IMG/VR virus record: IMGVR_UViG_2630968639_000002
Span: 1 to 64,000 of that record
Strand: one strand, 5' to 3'
Length of the DNA stretch: 64,000 nucleotides
From: an uncultured virus (IMG/VR IMGVR_UViG_2630968639_000002)
Lineage: Duplodnaviria > Heunggongvirae > Uroviricota > Caudoviricetes
Part shown: positions 41,255-52,200 of the stretch, piece by piece
Position numbering within the stretch: the first letter of the stretch is position 1
Layout: each line of letters starts with the position of its first letter
Notes under the pieces: model-generated
What the model saw: only the letters and a program-made list of their open reading frames with translations
Database searches by the model: none
Told to the model about the DNA's origin: nothing
Translations under genes and position numbers: made by a program

Positions 41255-41530
41255 TCACTCAAAAGTGCTGATGCTTAAAATACGCTCAAGATGTTCGGCA
41301 TCTTCATCACTGATTTGTTGAGTCTCTTCTACGTACCAACAGTTGCCGTTATGCCAACAAACACCATCATCATCAACCATCACTGAATCAGCGTCATGAC
41401 CTGTATATTCAACGAGAATACGCTGGATCAGCGCGTCAGTTTCTTCGTCGTTAAGGCCATCGGCTTTGACCATAAAAAGCGGAAACACGTCATAGACAGT
41501 GCTGGTAACGATTCGAACTAAAACTCTCAT
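41255..41530 (-). CDS. acidic hypothetical protein
   Basis: AAGGA RBS. Confidence 0.7.
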   Translation of the reverse strand: MRVLVRIVTSTVYDVFPLFMVKADGLNDEETDALIQRILVEYTGHDADSVMVDDDGVCWHNGNCWYVEETQQISDEDAEHLERILSISTFE

Positions 41531-41585
41531 GTGTTTTTCCTTTTGTGGTTAGTGTTTACTTATTTTGTTAGTTATGAATAGGCGA

Positions 41586-42010
41586 TCAATCTTCTTGTTT
41601 AGGGAAAAACTGTTCAATAACTCTGTCAACGGCTGTGTCTATATGGAGTAGATGCCACACAACCATATCTTTGCTTCCCATGCCTTGTGTGAATATCACG
41701 TCATACTTACGCCATGCGCAGTGGAACCAATATGCTGAGTCATCAATTGGTAAATCCTCTCCCGCCTCTTTGAAGTATTTCAGCAGCATTGCCTGCTCTG
41801 CCGTTGGCGTTGGACCTATTTCCTGAGCGTACATACGGATGAATCGCTGCCAGTCTGTCTCGTCGGGGGTTGGATCTGGTGGGTCATTTCTGCGATAGCG
41901 TTTCGTAGCTGATGCGCCCAATCAGGTTCAGGAAAGCCTTTTGCTACTTCATCATCAATAACATCCAGAGCCACGTTTGCGGCATCGTAGAGTTTCTTAA
42001 TAGCTGTCAT
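41586..42010 (-). pseudogene. hypothetical gene split by an apparent 1-nt frameshift near 41884
   Basis: ORF 41816-42010 N-terminus (…AIAEM) continues in another frame as PPDPTPDE…. Confidence 0.6.
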
Positions 42011-42089
42011 GTTTTCTTATCCTTTTAAACAAATTGTTTTCTTAATAAGATAATTGCGATAAAAAAGGCGTCCTGTGGACGCCTTGTGT

Positions 42090-44429
42090 TTACTCTTCTA
42101 CTGACTCGGTGGGGGTATCTTTTGCTCTCCGGTCATCGATTGCCTGCAAAGCCGCAATGATTTCAGCAAGTGGCTTCTCCCGATACATCTCGACGATCTG
42201 CGATTTGGTGTATTTCTTGTCACCAATTTCAACTCGCCCGCTGGCGTTCTTTGGCAGGTATCCTTCTTCCAGCATGTACTCGACGAGCGATTCGATAACG
42301 TCGAGGCCACGAGTAGGATCGAAGTAGAATTTCCAGGTGCATTTGCCATACGGTGGTGCAACTTTGTTTTTGATGCATTCTGCGCCTACGTCCTGGCCGA
42401 TCTTCTCTTTACCATCCTTCATCACCGATGCACCAAGACGGATACGTACAGAAGCGTAGAACTTCGGTGAATCTCCACCTGGCGACGTAGTAGGGTCGCC
42501 AAACATTACACCGATTTTTGTGCGAACCTGATTCAAGAAGATGATGCAGGCGTTGTATTTGCGTGCCCACAAAGCCAGAGTAGGGAAGTTCGCACTCGTC
42601 GCACGAGCCAGTGCCGTATTGTCGTTCATGTTTAGCTGATCTTTGTCTTTGGCAGTGCCTTCAGCCATCTTTTCGAACTTCTCGGCTTTGGAGTTCGGAA
42701 CCATAGACGCAAGAGAGTCAGCCACGATACAGATAGGTGCTGATTCAGGAATAAGCTCTTCATCACGTACCAATTTAAGAATTGTGCCGATCAACTCTAC
42801 AGAGTCTTCGAAGGTATCAGGCTGCTTGTATACCCACTGACCGTCATCCTCATCTGCGTTCAGGCCATTGGCGACAGCCAGGCCAACGTCAAAACTGTTT
42901 TCATGATCGAGGAATACCGCCAGACCATCTTGTTTTTGAGCGGAGATCATCGCTGCTGTTGCAAGGAATGTGTTGTGGCTGATAATCCCGTTAGACCAGA
43001 AAGAGTGTGTTTCCGGCATCGCTACGTCGAACGTTGGTGCTTCACCTTCCTCAATAGCCACGACTTCGTCGTAGAACAAGTTAGAGCCAATTACCGCTGC
43101 CAGTTGTGCAAACAGATGCTCGTTAAAACGATTCTTTCTGCCAATGAAGGAGACATAGATTTCTCGCAGTTTGTCTATTCCGACACGATCGCCGCGGCCA
43201 ATAACGTGGTCTACCAGAGCGTAGTCTTCACGGGTGGTCTTGGTGAGCGACTCGTAGAGTGATTTCACTAAGCCGCTGATGTGCGGAACATAGCCTGAGT
43301 AAGTGCGGTCAAAACCAATGTCCCGTTTGGTTGCCACTGATAAACGTGCCGGAGATTCGAAACCAATCGTTGACAGAAAAAGGTCGTAATTAGAGCCACT
43401 GAATGACAGCCGGTAATATGTATTTTCATAACCCGCGACGTGTTTTTCAGAGATAGTTGACGTAATCCCCAGATTCAGGAGCATGAGGCGAATTTGCTGT
43501 AGCAGCAGCCCACTCGCGCTCACAACCTCAATGCAGCGACCATCATTGACGTGGCATTCCAGCTCAAAGTAGCCGCGAAGGAATGCAATTTGAGCCTCGC
43601 TATTGGCGCGACGCACACTCAACGGAACCTGCTTGCCAGCAGCTTTCTCATACTCCAGACCATATTCTTTAAAAAGCAGCGAACGCACCTCTTTGCTAAA
43701 CAGCACATGGTCTTCCGAGCCGTTATGTTTTCTCGTAACTGGCATCTTGTCTGATACCAGCGAAATGAGGCGGTAGTACTCATCCTTGATGAAAGGATCT
43801 GTGTTAGAAAAATTCACTGAATTTTCAGAGGCCACGTATCCGTCAGCAATTAAATAGCCCATCAGTTTTGCGATATTGGCATCCAGGTGCTGATCGCCGA
43901 ATTGATGTGTGCCAACCATTGAAGGAATCGTGTCGCCTACACTGATTTTTTCAGCATGTCGCCAGACGACATTACCTAAGTCGTCAACCACACGGATTGG
44001 GTGACGGAACGTAGCCTCGATATAACCGCCTGATGCCAGCTTAATACGCTTGAATTTGCGACGGTTGTTCCATGTCAGGTGTGAGGTCTTCTCTATCACG
44101 CCATTTTCATTGATGAGTCCAACGTTATGCTCTACATCGCGAGTAGTGCATGTCGCTTTGTACCCTTCAATCTCAAACAACTCTTTCACTGTTACCATTC
44201 CACGCTCCGTCAGCAGCATGGTGTCTGCGGTAACACATTTCCCCGCGCTTGGTGGCCCGAATACTTCTACGATACGACCACATGGGAAGCCGCCATCGTA
44301 ACGACCAGAAATAGCTTTGTTTAACGGAGGAAAGCCTGTGTCAATCCAATGAGTTACTTTCTGAATTTCGTCGTTGCTACCGATTTTCTTTTTCAGAGCA
44401 AGTGCCAGTGCGGATTTTCCTTTTGCCAT
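42090..44429 (-). CDS. recA: RecA/UvsX recombinase with intein
   Basis: GRIVEVFGPPSAGK|T, DSLASM, FLNQVR and GG...KFYASVRI motifs. Confidence 0.95.
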   Translation of the reverse strand: MAKGKSALALALKKKIGSNDEIQKVTHWIDTGFPPLNKAISGRYDGGFPCGRIVEVFGPPSAGKCVTADTMLLTERGMVTVKELFEIEGYKATCTTRDVEHNVGLINENGVIEKTSHLTWNNRRKFKRIKLASGGYIEATFRHPIRVVDDLGNVVWRHAEKISVGDTIPSMVGTHQFGDQHLDANIAKLMGYLIADGYVASENSVNFSNTDPFIKDEYYRLISLVSDKMPVTRKHNGSEDHVLFSKEVRSLLFKEYGLEYEKAAGKQVPLSVRRANSEAQIAFLRGYFELECHVNDGRCIEVVSASGLLLQQIRLMLLNLGITSTISEKHVAGYENTYYRLSFSGSNYDLFLSTIGFESPARLSVATKRDIGFDRTYSGYVPHISGLVKSLYESLTKTTREDYALVDHVIGRGDRVGIDKLREIYVSFIGRKNRFNEHLFAQLAAVIGSNLFYDEVVAIEEGEAPTFDVAMPETHSFWSNGIISHNTFLATAAMISAQKQDGLAVFLDHENSFDVGLAVANGLNADEDDGQWVYKQPDTFEDSVELIGTILKLVRDEELIPESAPICIVADSLASMVPNSKAEKFEKMAEGTAKDKDQLNMNDNTALARATSANFPTLALWARKYNACIIFLNQVRTKIGVMFGDPTTSPGGDSPKFYASVRIRLGASVMKDGKEKIGQDVGAECIKNKVAPPYGKCTWKFYFDPTRGLDVIESLVEYMLEEGYLPKNASGRVEIGDKKYTKSQIVEMYREKPLAEIIAALQAIDDRRAKDTPTESVEE
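42972..44237 (-). mobile_element. intein (422 aa) with LAGLIDADG homing endonuclease
   Basis: C1 (CVTADT), block B TFRHP, LMGYLIADG, FLRGYFELEC, terminal SHN followed by Thr. Confidence 0.95.
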
Positions 44430-44431
44430 GA

Positions 44432-44704
44432 TCAGGCTCCTTTTGTTTCGTTGATTCGTTTTAAAGCGGCGGATTCGTCGAATACAATCGCATCGTGATT
44501 AAGGAGTCTGGATACACGAGCGAGGATTTTTACGACCTGCTCGCTGACTAATCCAAACTCGCGATCTGTCGCTTTCATTCCGGCAGCGCCTAGAATTGAC
44601 GGCAGTGCGATGACAGCGTACTCACCGTGATAAAAGACAATCTCTTTTGCCAGTTGGGCAGGGGTGGTTGTAGCGCCATTGATAATCGATTTAAGCATTA
44701 GCAA
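44432..44704 (-). CDS. hypothetical protein
   Basis: Coupled ORF. Confidence 0.7.
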   Translation of the reverse strand: MLMLKSIINGATTTPAQLAKEIVFYHGEYAVIALPSILGAAGMKATDREFGLVSEQVVKILARVSRLLNHDAIVFDESAALKRINETKGA

Positions 44705-45642
44705 TACCTTTCGAATGGAAGAACAAACACTTCAAGGTCTTCAAGGAACGAACGGAAATTCAGCTCGTAGCACAGTTGCTCGAATGCTTTCACGTCACGA
44801 TTGCCTTTGATTGTTTCGATTTCGGTAGGCGGAAACTTCGTCTCAATCAGGTTCATTAGCGTGATGTTTCTCTTGAACGCTTCGAGCATTCGACAGCCTG
44901 TTTTCTCGTTGAAGGCATTCTTCGCTAGTTTGTTGAAGGCGGTCTTATGGCGTCCTTTGTCAACCACGATTGAGCCGTCGTTGATGCCGCGTACCATCGT
45001 TGCGACACTTCCCCATTCATGCAGCAGCTCTTTCGCACCGCCAGCACCAATGCCACCAACACCGCTAATGTTGTCCGAGTTATCGCCTTGTAATGCTTTT
45101 GCTTCCAAAAATGCGCGAGGCGTGGCGAATCCTGTCAGCTCCGCAAATTGCTCAAAATTAACCTGCTTGTTTTTGGCGTCTTCACGCAGGCTTACCCAGC
45201 TTACGTTTTCACGAACTAACTGAAGCCAGTCGCTATCGCCTGTTAACAGATAGATGTGTTCAACGGTTGGCTGCGGTGCCATGCGGGATACCAGCAGCCC
45301 GGCCAGATCATCCGCTTCTGCATCTTTTGCAATGAGTTGGGTAACTCCAAGCGCGGTCATCATTTTGAGGATGTATGGCTTCTGGATAGCAAAGCCTTCC
45401 TTCATCTTTTTCATATCAGGATCGTCGTCGCGATTTGCTTTGTAGTCCGGGTAAAAGTCGCGACGCTTGTCACTAAATCCATCCCAAAGAATCATAGGTC
45501 GGGCATGGAGGATGGAGGCATAACGACGGACGTTCTTAACAAAGCCGAAAGCAGCCTGTACTTCCATTTCGCCGTTGTGCAATTTGTCAGATTGTTGATG
45601 GTAATAACCCAGGCTATTGCCATCTACGAAGAGATAATTCAC
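44698..45642 (-). CDS. 5'-3' exonuclease (FEN / PolI N-terminal-like)
   Basis: VDGNS, YKANR, EADD, GDSD and GD.SDNI.GV.GIG motifs. Confidence 0.92.
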   Translation of the reverse strand: MNYLFVDGNSLGYYHQQSDKLHNGEMEVQAAFGFVKNVRRYASILHARPMILWDGFSDKRRDFYPDYKANRDDDPDMKKMKEGFAIQKPYILKMMTALGVTQLIAKDAEADDLAGLLVSRMAPQPTVEHIYLLTGDSDWLQLVRENVSWVSLREDAKNKQVNFEQFAELTGFATPRAFLEAKALQGDNSDNISGVGGIGAGGAKELLHEWGSVATMVRGINDGSIVVDKGRHKTAFNKLAKNAFNEKTGCRMLEAFKRNITLMNLIETKFPPTEIETIKGNRDVKAFEQLCYELNFRSFLEDLEVFVLPFERYC

Positions 45643-45702
45643 CGGTACATTCCTTCCAAAAAGTAAGGCGTCCGTAGACGCCTTACTGGTCACGTAATGG
45701 GA

Positions 45703-46731
45703 TTACAGAGAGTCCAGCTCTCTCAGTAGGTCATCCAGACCTTCATCTTCCGTCGCAGATGCGGTTGCTACAGATGTCGCTGCGACTGCTTCAGACTCTT
45801 TGACTGATACGGCAACGGCAGCGGAACTTGCCTCTGGTTTAAATTCAGTTTCAACGGCACGGAGGATTTCTTCATCAACCAGACTGGTTGGTTCAGAAGC
45901 CGGTGTGTGCGCGGTTGCTACAGCCGTCGCTCCTTCTGTATGACCAGTGACAGAGCCAAATCCAGGTAGTGCCGCAGCCGATGTTTTCGCGGTTGAGGAA
46001 ATTGCTGGTGCAGATGCTGCGGCAGTTGGTGCAGCGATGCCAATCAGACGACCCATAGTGCGAACTGTCGACAGAAGACGAGTTTCATCAGCCTGATTTG
46101 CGTATGCGATCAGATCATGCTGGGTGTTCCAGAATTTATCTTCGATATCGCCTTTGTAGACTTTACGCTTAGGCGAGACGTCATATTTGGTATCGCGACC
46201 AGAGCCAGTACGTTTAATCAGGAATGCGTAGCCTTCCTCTTTGCTCAGTGGATTGCCGATATCATCAGCGATGTCTTCGGTGATTGCTTTGCAGATATCA
46301 TCGAATACAGTAGACGGCAGCTCGATTAACTGGCATTTCTCAGCATCTGCGAAATCCTCACGAGCAGAAAGAATGCCGTTGACCAGGTAGCGAGGAGTGG
46401 CACGCATTTGACCGATGCGTTCTTCCATTGCTTTGTTACCCTTGTGACGAGCGCGACCTTCCATAACCATTTCGCATAGCTGACAAGCGCGACCGTGAGT
46501 ATGTTGCTCACAAATATAAGCGTTGGTTGCTTCTTTACCTTCCTCGTTCTGATACTTAACGTAGTGCATACCGAAAGTCTGGAAGAACTTACCGTTTGGG
46601 TCGTCTTTATTCGGGAAGATGCGGATATAGTTGACGCCGTCTTTTAAGCGAGTCAGATCAACGTTGTTGCCACGTTTGGCGGCAATGTCTTCACGAGTTT
46701 TGTTAAGCAAATCAAGTAATGTCTTAGACAT
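45703..46731 (-). CDS. phage single-stranded DNA-binding protein (gp32-like)
   Basis: IRIFP, C/H Zn motif, G...DTKY, acidic C-terminal tail. Confidence 0.75.
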   Translation of the reverse strand: MSKTLLDLLNKTREDIAAKRGNNVDLTRLKDGVNYIRIFPNKDDPNGKFFQTFGMHYVKYQNEEGKEATNAYICEQHTHGRACQLCEMVMEGRARHKGNKAMEERIGQMRATPRYLVNGILSAREDFADAEKCQLIELPSTVFDDICKAITEDIADDIGNPLSKEEGYAFLIKRTGSGRDTKYDVSPKRKVYKGDIEDKFWNTQHDLIAYANQADETRLLSTVRTMGRLIGIAAPTAAASAPAISSTAKTSAAALPGFGSVTGHTEGATAVATAHTPASEPTSLVDEEILRAVETEFKPEASSAAVAVSVKESEAVAATSVATASATEDEGLDDLLRELDSL

Positions 46732-46848
46732 GTGTTTCTCCTTGTTGTGATTTGGCCGATGGCGCTATGCGCGTTGGGCTTTCGTTCATTCGTGGCTCTT
46801 TCGAGCTGTTAAATGATAGATCAGTACTTACTTATTATCTATCAAAAA

Positions 46849-47280
46849 TCAACGGGGAGTAATAAAGCGTTCAGAGCCTAATCGCTCTAATTCAACGATA
46901 GCCATCTTCGACGCCTGAACGATCATGTCTCGGCGATGCGAAAAGGCGGCGACAGCATGTTTGTATATGTCTGCGATGTGCCGTGCTTCATCCAACTTCT
47001 GCCGTTTAGACAGATACTGTGGGTTTGTTTTAACCTTAGCGTCCAGTACAGACTCATTGAACTTAATGCCGTTCATACTCAAGTTCTTACGCTCTGTGTC
47101 GTATAGCTTTGCTTCAACAGCTTCAAGGTTAAGTTTTGCTTCTGCGACATCTCGATCTGCCTGCGCTAGTTTTGACCCATACTCCATTAAAAGCCGTGGC
47201 TGTTTACGCCATACTTCCTCAAGGTTGTCGCGGTCGAACTCCAGATCGGCCATGATTTTAGAAAAAATATCAGTGTTCAC
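46849..47280 (-). CDS. UvsY-like recombination mediator (putative)
   Basis: All-helical ~140 aa protein next to SSB and RecA. Confidence 0.55.
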   Translation of the reverse strand: MNTDIFSKIMADLEFDRDNLEEVWRKQPRLLMEYGSKLAQADRDVAEAKLNLEAVEAKLYDTERKNLSMNGIKFNESVLDAKVKTNPQYLSKRQKLDEARHIADIYKHAVAAFSHRRDMIVQASKMAIVELERLGSERFITPR

Positions 47281-47487
47281 TCTAATAGGTTCCTACTTAT
47301 AAAATCTGTATCAATTATATCAAACAGAGAACGGGTTTATGGCGTCATGTCAACTTTGTTCAGGGGAAGATATTGAGATCACCGAAGATAATTAGTTGTC
47401 TTATTTTGGTAAGCTGTGCTGACCATCTTTAGGTCACATACATGAGATGGATGGGGGTGTGGCATGAACGGATGAAATTCAGTCGCC

Positions 47488-47517
47488 GTTGACAGATGTC
47501 AACACTGTGAATAGAAT
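47488..47517 (+). promoter_or_regulatory. sigma70 promoter with palindromic operator over the -35
   Basis: TTGACA-17-TAGAAT; GTTGACAGATGTCAAC palindrome at 47488-47503. Confidence 0.8.
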
Positions 47518-47534
47518 ACTATTATCGGAGGCGA

Positions 47535-47759
47535 ATGAAGCAACATCCGAATAAGCATATTCAAGCAGCCATTGACTATGCATTAAGTAAAGGCTGGATC
47601 TGGGTAGCAGCTGGTGGTGCTGCACATTGTTTTTGCAGACTGCGATGCGGTAATCCAGAAGGTGAACACAAAACTCACCAAATGAGCGTATGGTCGACTC
47701 CGGGTAATCCCGAAAACCATGCCAAACAGATCAAACGAATGGTTGATCGTTGTAAATGA
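47535..47759 (+). CDS. HicA-like putative toxin
   Basis: 74 aa; GW......G..H and STP motifs; first gene of a two-gene operon. Confidence 0.6.
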   Translation: MKQHPNKHIQAAIDYALSKGWIWVAAGGAAHCFCRLRCGNPEGEHKTHQMSVWSTPGNPENHAKQIKRMVDRCK

Positions 47760-47819
47760 TTTCAAGGCGGCATTAGCCGCCTTTTGCAGAAACTGTCCAA
47801 CTATCTTCAAAGGAAAACT

Positions 47820-48383
47820 ATGGCGCTTTATAACTTCACTCTGACGCTCTCAGGCGTATCGTATGAGACGGAAGGACTGGAAGACGCGCTGTACCAAAAC
47901 GGCTGTGACGATGCGCTAATTTGCGCATATGGAAACTCCGTCTATGTAGAATTTGACCGCGAAGCACAATCACTTGATGCAGCTATCGCATCTGCGGTCG
48001 ACAATATTGAATCAGCCGGTATCGGTGCAATTGTTGAATCCGTCGACTCGGCTCTTGTGGGCTTAAGCGATATCGCGGAACTGACAGACCTGTCTCGCCA
48101 GGCAGTGGCGTTGCTCAAAGACGGTAAGCGCGGAAGCGGCGACTTCCCTTGCCCTGTACAACGCATAAAAGGCCAGTCTCCTCTCTGGGATTGGGCTGAT
48201 GTGGCTGAATGGCTCATGAATAACGGACGACTTAAAGAGGGCGATCAAATTGTCCAAAATGCCCGAACTTTGAGTAAATGGAATCTGGCGCTTCGAAACA
48301 GCGTCTCGAAAGATTTCAACGAAATAGAGCAAATTGCGGAGAAACTGATTAAACGCCGCAAAGATATTGCGAAATGCGCATAA
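47820..48383 (+). CDS. HicB-like / AlpA-HTH putative antitoxin
   Basis: EA.SL..AI.SA N-terminal fold; LVGLSDIAE...SRQAV HTH; FP.P....PLW motif. Confidence 0.65.
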   Translation: MALYNFTLTLSGVSYETEGLEDALYQNGCDDALICAYGNSVYVEFDREAQSLDAAIASAVDNIESAGIGAIVESVDSALVGLSDIAELTDLSRQAVALLKDGKRGSGDFPCPVQRIKGQSPLWDWADVAEWLMNNGRLKEGDQIVQNARTLSKWNLALRNSVSKDFNEIEQIAEKLIKRRKDIAKCA

Positions 48384-48712
48384 TGATGCCCGCCAATTGG
48401 CGGGCATCTGTTCTCTGTAAAGGTGTCTGGCATCGTCTGGTTCGTTAACGTTTACTAAACCAATGGTGACAAAAATTAGTTATCTTTGAAAAATAAAGGT
48501 TGCATGAAAAGAAGGGGTATGCGTTAATAGCATCGTTGGTTTGCAAGACAGACCTTATGTAAGCAGTTTTAGTAAAGCAGTCTCAGTTCAGTGTTATCTT
48601 CTGATTTCCCTTCTTCGTGAGTCTCCTCCTTAAGTGCCTAAGTAAGTCCCAATCTATACAGATCAAATTCTCGCCGCACTATGTGGCTCACAAAATTAAG
48701 AAGGTAATATCT

Positions 48713-48928
48713 ATGTCTAATAAAATGACTGGTTTAGTAAAATGGTTTAACTCTGATAAAGGCTTTGGCTTTATTTCTCCTGCTGATGGCAGTAAAGATG
48801 TTTTTGTACATTTTTCGGCAATTCAGAGTAATAATTTCCGCACTTTGGAAGAAGGCCAGCAGGTCGAATTCTCTATCGAGAATGGTGCTAAAGGCCCAGC
48901 AGCAGCAAATGTCGTTGCTCTAAGCTGA
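48713..48928 (+). CDS. cold-shock protein (CspB/CspG/CspI-like)
   Basis: KWFN..KGFGFI and VFVHFSAI motifs; long csp-type 5' UTR after TTGCAT...GTTAAT promoter. Confidence 0.95.
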   Translation: MSNKMTGLVKWFNSDKGFGFISPADGSKDVFVHFSAIQSNNFRTLEEGQQVEFSIENGAKGPAAANVVALS

Positions 48929-49231
48929 TTCAACGCTGATGATCCTCATTTCTACAATAACGAAGACGGTGTAAGCCTGAGTGGATAGATTTGTAGGATT
49001 GTACAAGTTGAATAAATTAGCATGGTAAGGCCATGCTAATTAAATCGACACAACGGCCAGTTTATTCCATAAAAGTGAATTGCCCATTGTGGCGAAATGC
49101 GGGGTTGCCGCATGAATAGTCAAAGGCAGAAGCTAACTGCCGGCATGGCAAAACAAAGTGCGTAAGAGGAGTGACTTCCTCAACAAGCGCCATAATTCTT
49201 TATAAACCCGCCAACAGGCGGGTTTTCTTTA

Positions 49232-52200
49232 TTACTTATTTATTGTCTCCGCGATATCAGCCAGAATGGCCTCCAGTCGCTCTCCTTCTTCCGGTCGGAA
49301 GTACAGGATATTCGGGTTAAATCCGTAGAAGACGGTTGCATCAAGCTCTGGGAAGTACTCCTTACGACCAATCAGATCTGATGGTTTACTCTTATTGTTA
49401 AATAGTGCGGTTGAACGACTACCACACGTCAAAATGTAGGTCGGACGCACCAGATTGATCTCTTCACGTATAAAGTCGGTGAACTGGCCGATCTCGTCTT
49501 TGGTATAGTCTTTCTCTTTGTCCTTAACCTTCTTACAAACACCCGTGACATAAAGATCGCCCATGCGCAGATCTCCAACTGTCAGTAGTTTTGCCTTAAA
49601 GTCGTCGTATCCGTTCTCCATGAAGTAGCCGGTACGAGCGTCATTGCCGTTCGCATTGTCCAGAATGATCATGATTTTGGGTTTAATACCAATAGTCGGG
49701 CGTATCAACTCCTCACCCAAGCCCATTTCAGCCGCCATACGTGTCATGAGTACGTTGATTTCGGCAGAACGCTTAGGATTCATTTCGAACGGACGTGATG
49801 CTTTAACAGCGTCAATGATGAGATTGCCCATCAGCTCAGCCTGGTCGCGCAGTCGTTCAGGATCAGTTGCTGGCAGACTGCCTGGCTCAATTGACGCAAA
49901 AGCCCCTACTTTATGAAGCGACTCGCGTACACGACTGTTACATGCACGCTTCTCGACCGCTTCATCGAATTGTGCCACTGACTCGAATTTGCCACCAACT
50001 TTCTCACGCGCACGCATAATTGCCTGACAACCATTTTCAGAACAGCCTTTCACAGCAGAGAATGGCGCATACAGTGCCTGACTGCCGTCTTCGAGTGTGC
50101 GGATCTCAATTCGGTTAGATGACACATTAACGTCTGGTGGCAATACGCGAATGCCATAGGTCAGCGCATCCTTCACCAGCCCCTGATGCTTATCCTCGCC
50201 CAGAATGGTGAGCGCAGCTGCGAAGAACTCAGCAGGGTAGTGCGTCTTTAGCCACATAGACTGATAACTGATTAAAGAATAAGCAACGGAGTGTGATTTA
50301 TTGAAGGCATATCCACCGAACTTCTCAAAGGCGTCCCATATTTCTTGGGCTTTTTCCTTACTGAGACCTTCTTGTTCAGAGACGATCTCCACGTAGTCTA
50401 TGCCGTCACTAATAGCCTCGCTGTAGCTTCTACGCTTACCGTCTGAGCAATCCAGTTTTGCGTGTTTGTGAACCTCTACAGTACCTCCATTTTTGAGTGA
50501 CAGTGTCACCCAGCCTGCTTGTGCTCGTTCTACAAAATCGCTGCCGATCGCTTTCATCTTATCCATGTTCTTTTTACCGATAGCGGAACGCAGAGCGTCT
50601 GCTTCGGCCATAGAGAACCCGGCAAGTACTCGGGAACTTTGCATGATTTGTTCCTGATAGAGCAAAACACCATTAGTCTCCCGGGTGACTTCCTCAAGAC
50701 GCGGATGAATTGAATGTGGAGCCATGAAGCCTTTGGCCACGGAGACATAGTCGTCCAACATGCCGGATTGGATCGGGCCAGGTCGGAAGAGTGCGGTCGT
50801 GGCGACAACGGTTTTAAAGCTCATTGGCTCAATGCCACCGCCTAGATCTTTAAGCAGCTTGCGCATGGGGCCGGACTCCAGCTGGAATACGCCCTGTGTA
50901 TACCCTGCAGCAAAACCATCCAGCACCTTGCGATCTTCAAGAGAAATGGCATCAAGATTGATATCTTCACCTGTGTTCTCTTTTATGTAGCGTTTTGCAC
51001 TATCGAGCAAATCGAGAGTTGCCAGGCCAAGCACGTCCAGCTTAATTAGGCCCATAGCCTCGCAGTAACGCTTATCAAATGCGATACAACGCGCGTCACC
51101 ACGGCGCTCAACCGGTGTACGTTCTGTCAGAGGAACACCTGCTACAATCATCCCTGCCGCATGTCTACCAAAGCCACGCATAAGGCTTTGTAACTTGCAG
51201 GCTGCATTGAATGCATCAGGATATTTTGTTGCGTATTTGTCGAGACTTGCCAGTTGTTCGCGCAGCTCTTCCAATGGAAGGCTATCATCCTCGACGTTCT
51301 TCAGTTCTTTTGATACCGCCATATCTGCGGACTCCACACCATAAATACGAGCGGTGTCACGTAGTGCAGAGGCTGCGCCCAGGTAGGTGAAGTTCGGAAT
51401 GCCTGCAACGTAATCTTCGCCGTAGCGTTCATTCAGATACTCGATCACCTCATGGCGACGTGCCTGGCTGAAGTCCAAATCCGCATCTGGCAAGTCGAGA
51501 CGCTCAGGGTTGATGAAACGTTCAAACAGAAGACCGTGACGGATAGGGTCGACGTTGGTTATGCCTATGCACCATGCCACCAAAGAGCCAGCGGAGGAAC
51601 CACGACCAGGCCCGACAGGAATGCCAGTTTCACGGCTGTGATTCATCAGATCGCGTACCATCAGGAAGTAACCACAAAATCCCAGGCGAGTAAGCGTGTC
51701 CATTTCGTACTTAAGTCGCTCAACATAAACCCTGTTCTCAGAAGCCGGTGGTGTGTATCCAAACTCTTTTGTGGTAAGACGTTTACGCAGCCCTGCAACA
51801 GCCAGTTTCATCAGCGTTGCAGGTTCGTCGTCTGCCATCTTGGGCAGTGCTGGTGGCAATTCATGCCAGCGCCATGTACAGGCTTCGATAATGGAGTCCT
51901 GCGTTGTTGAGGCCATTGCAGCTGTTACCGGCACATCCATGCGAACGGAGAAGGCTTTAAGCGCCTCAAGGAGATGGCGGCGACCATTGACGGCGTTATC
52001 TCGCTGGTGGGGTATACGCAGACGATGCGGCTGGTCGATTTTTATGTTGTTCGTAACCATGTGCGCAATGTCTTTAATGTCTGCATCGTCGATCGATTCG
52101 TAATAAGCGGGATAGAACGCTACTGGCTCTATTTTCAGTGCGCTGGCTACTTTCATCGCTCGGACGTTAATCTGGTCGTAGAATGGGGTAGGGTGCGGAT

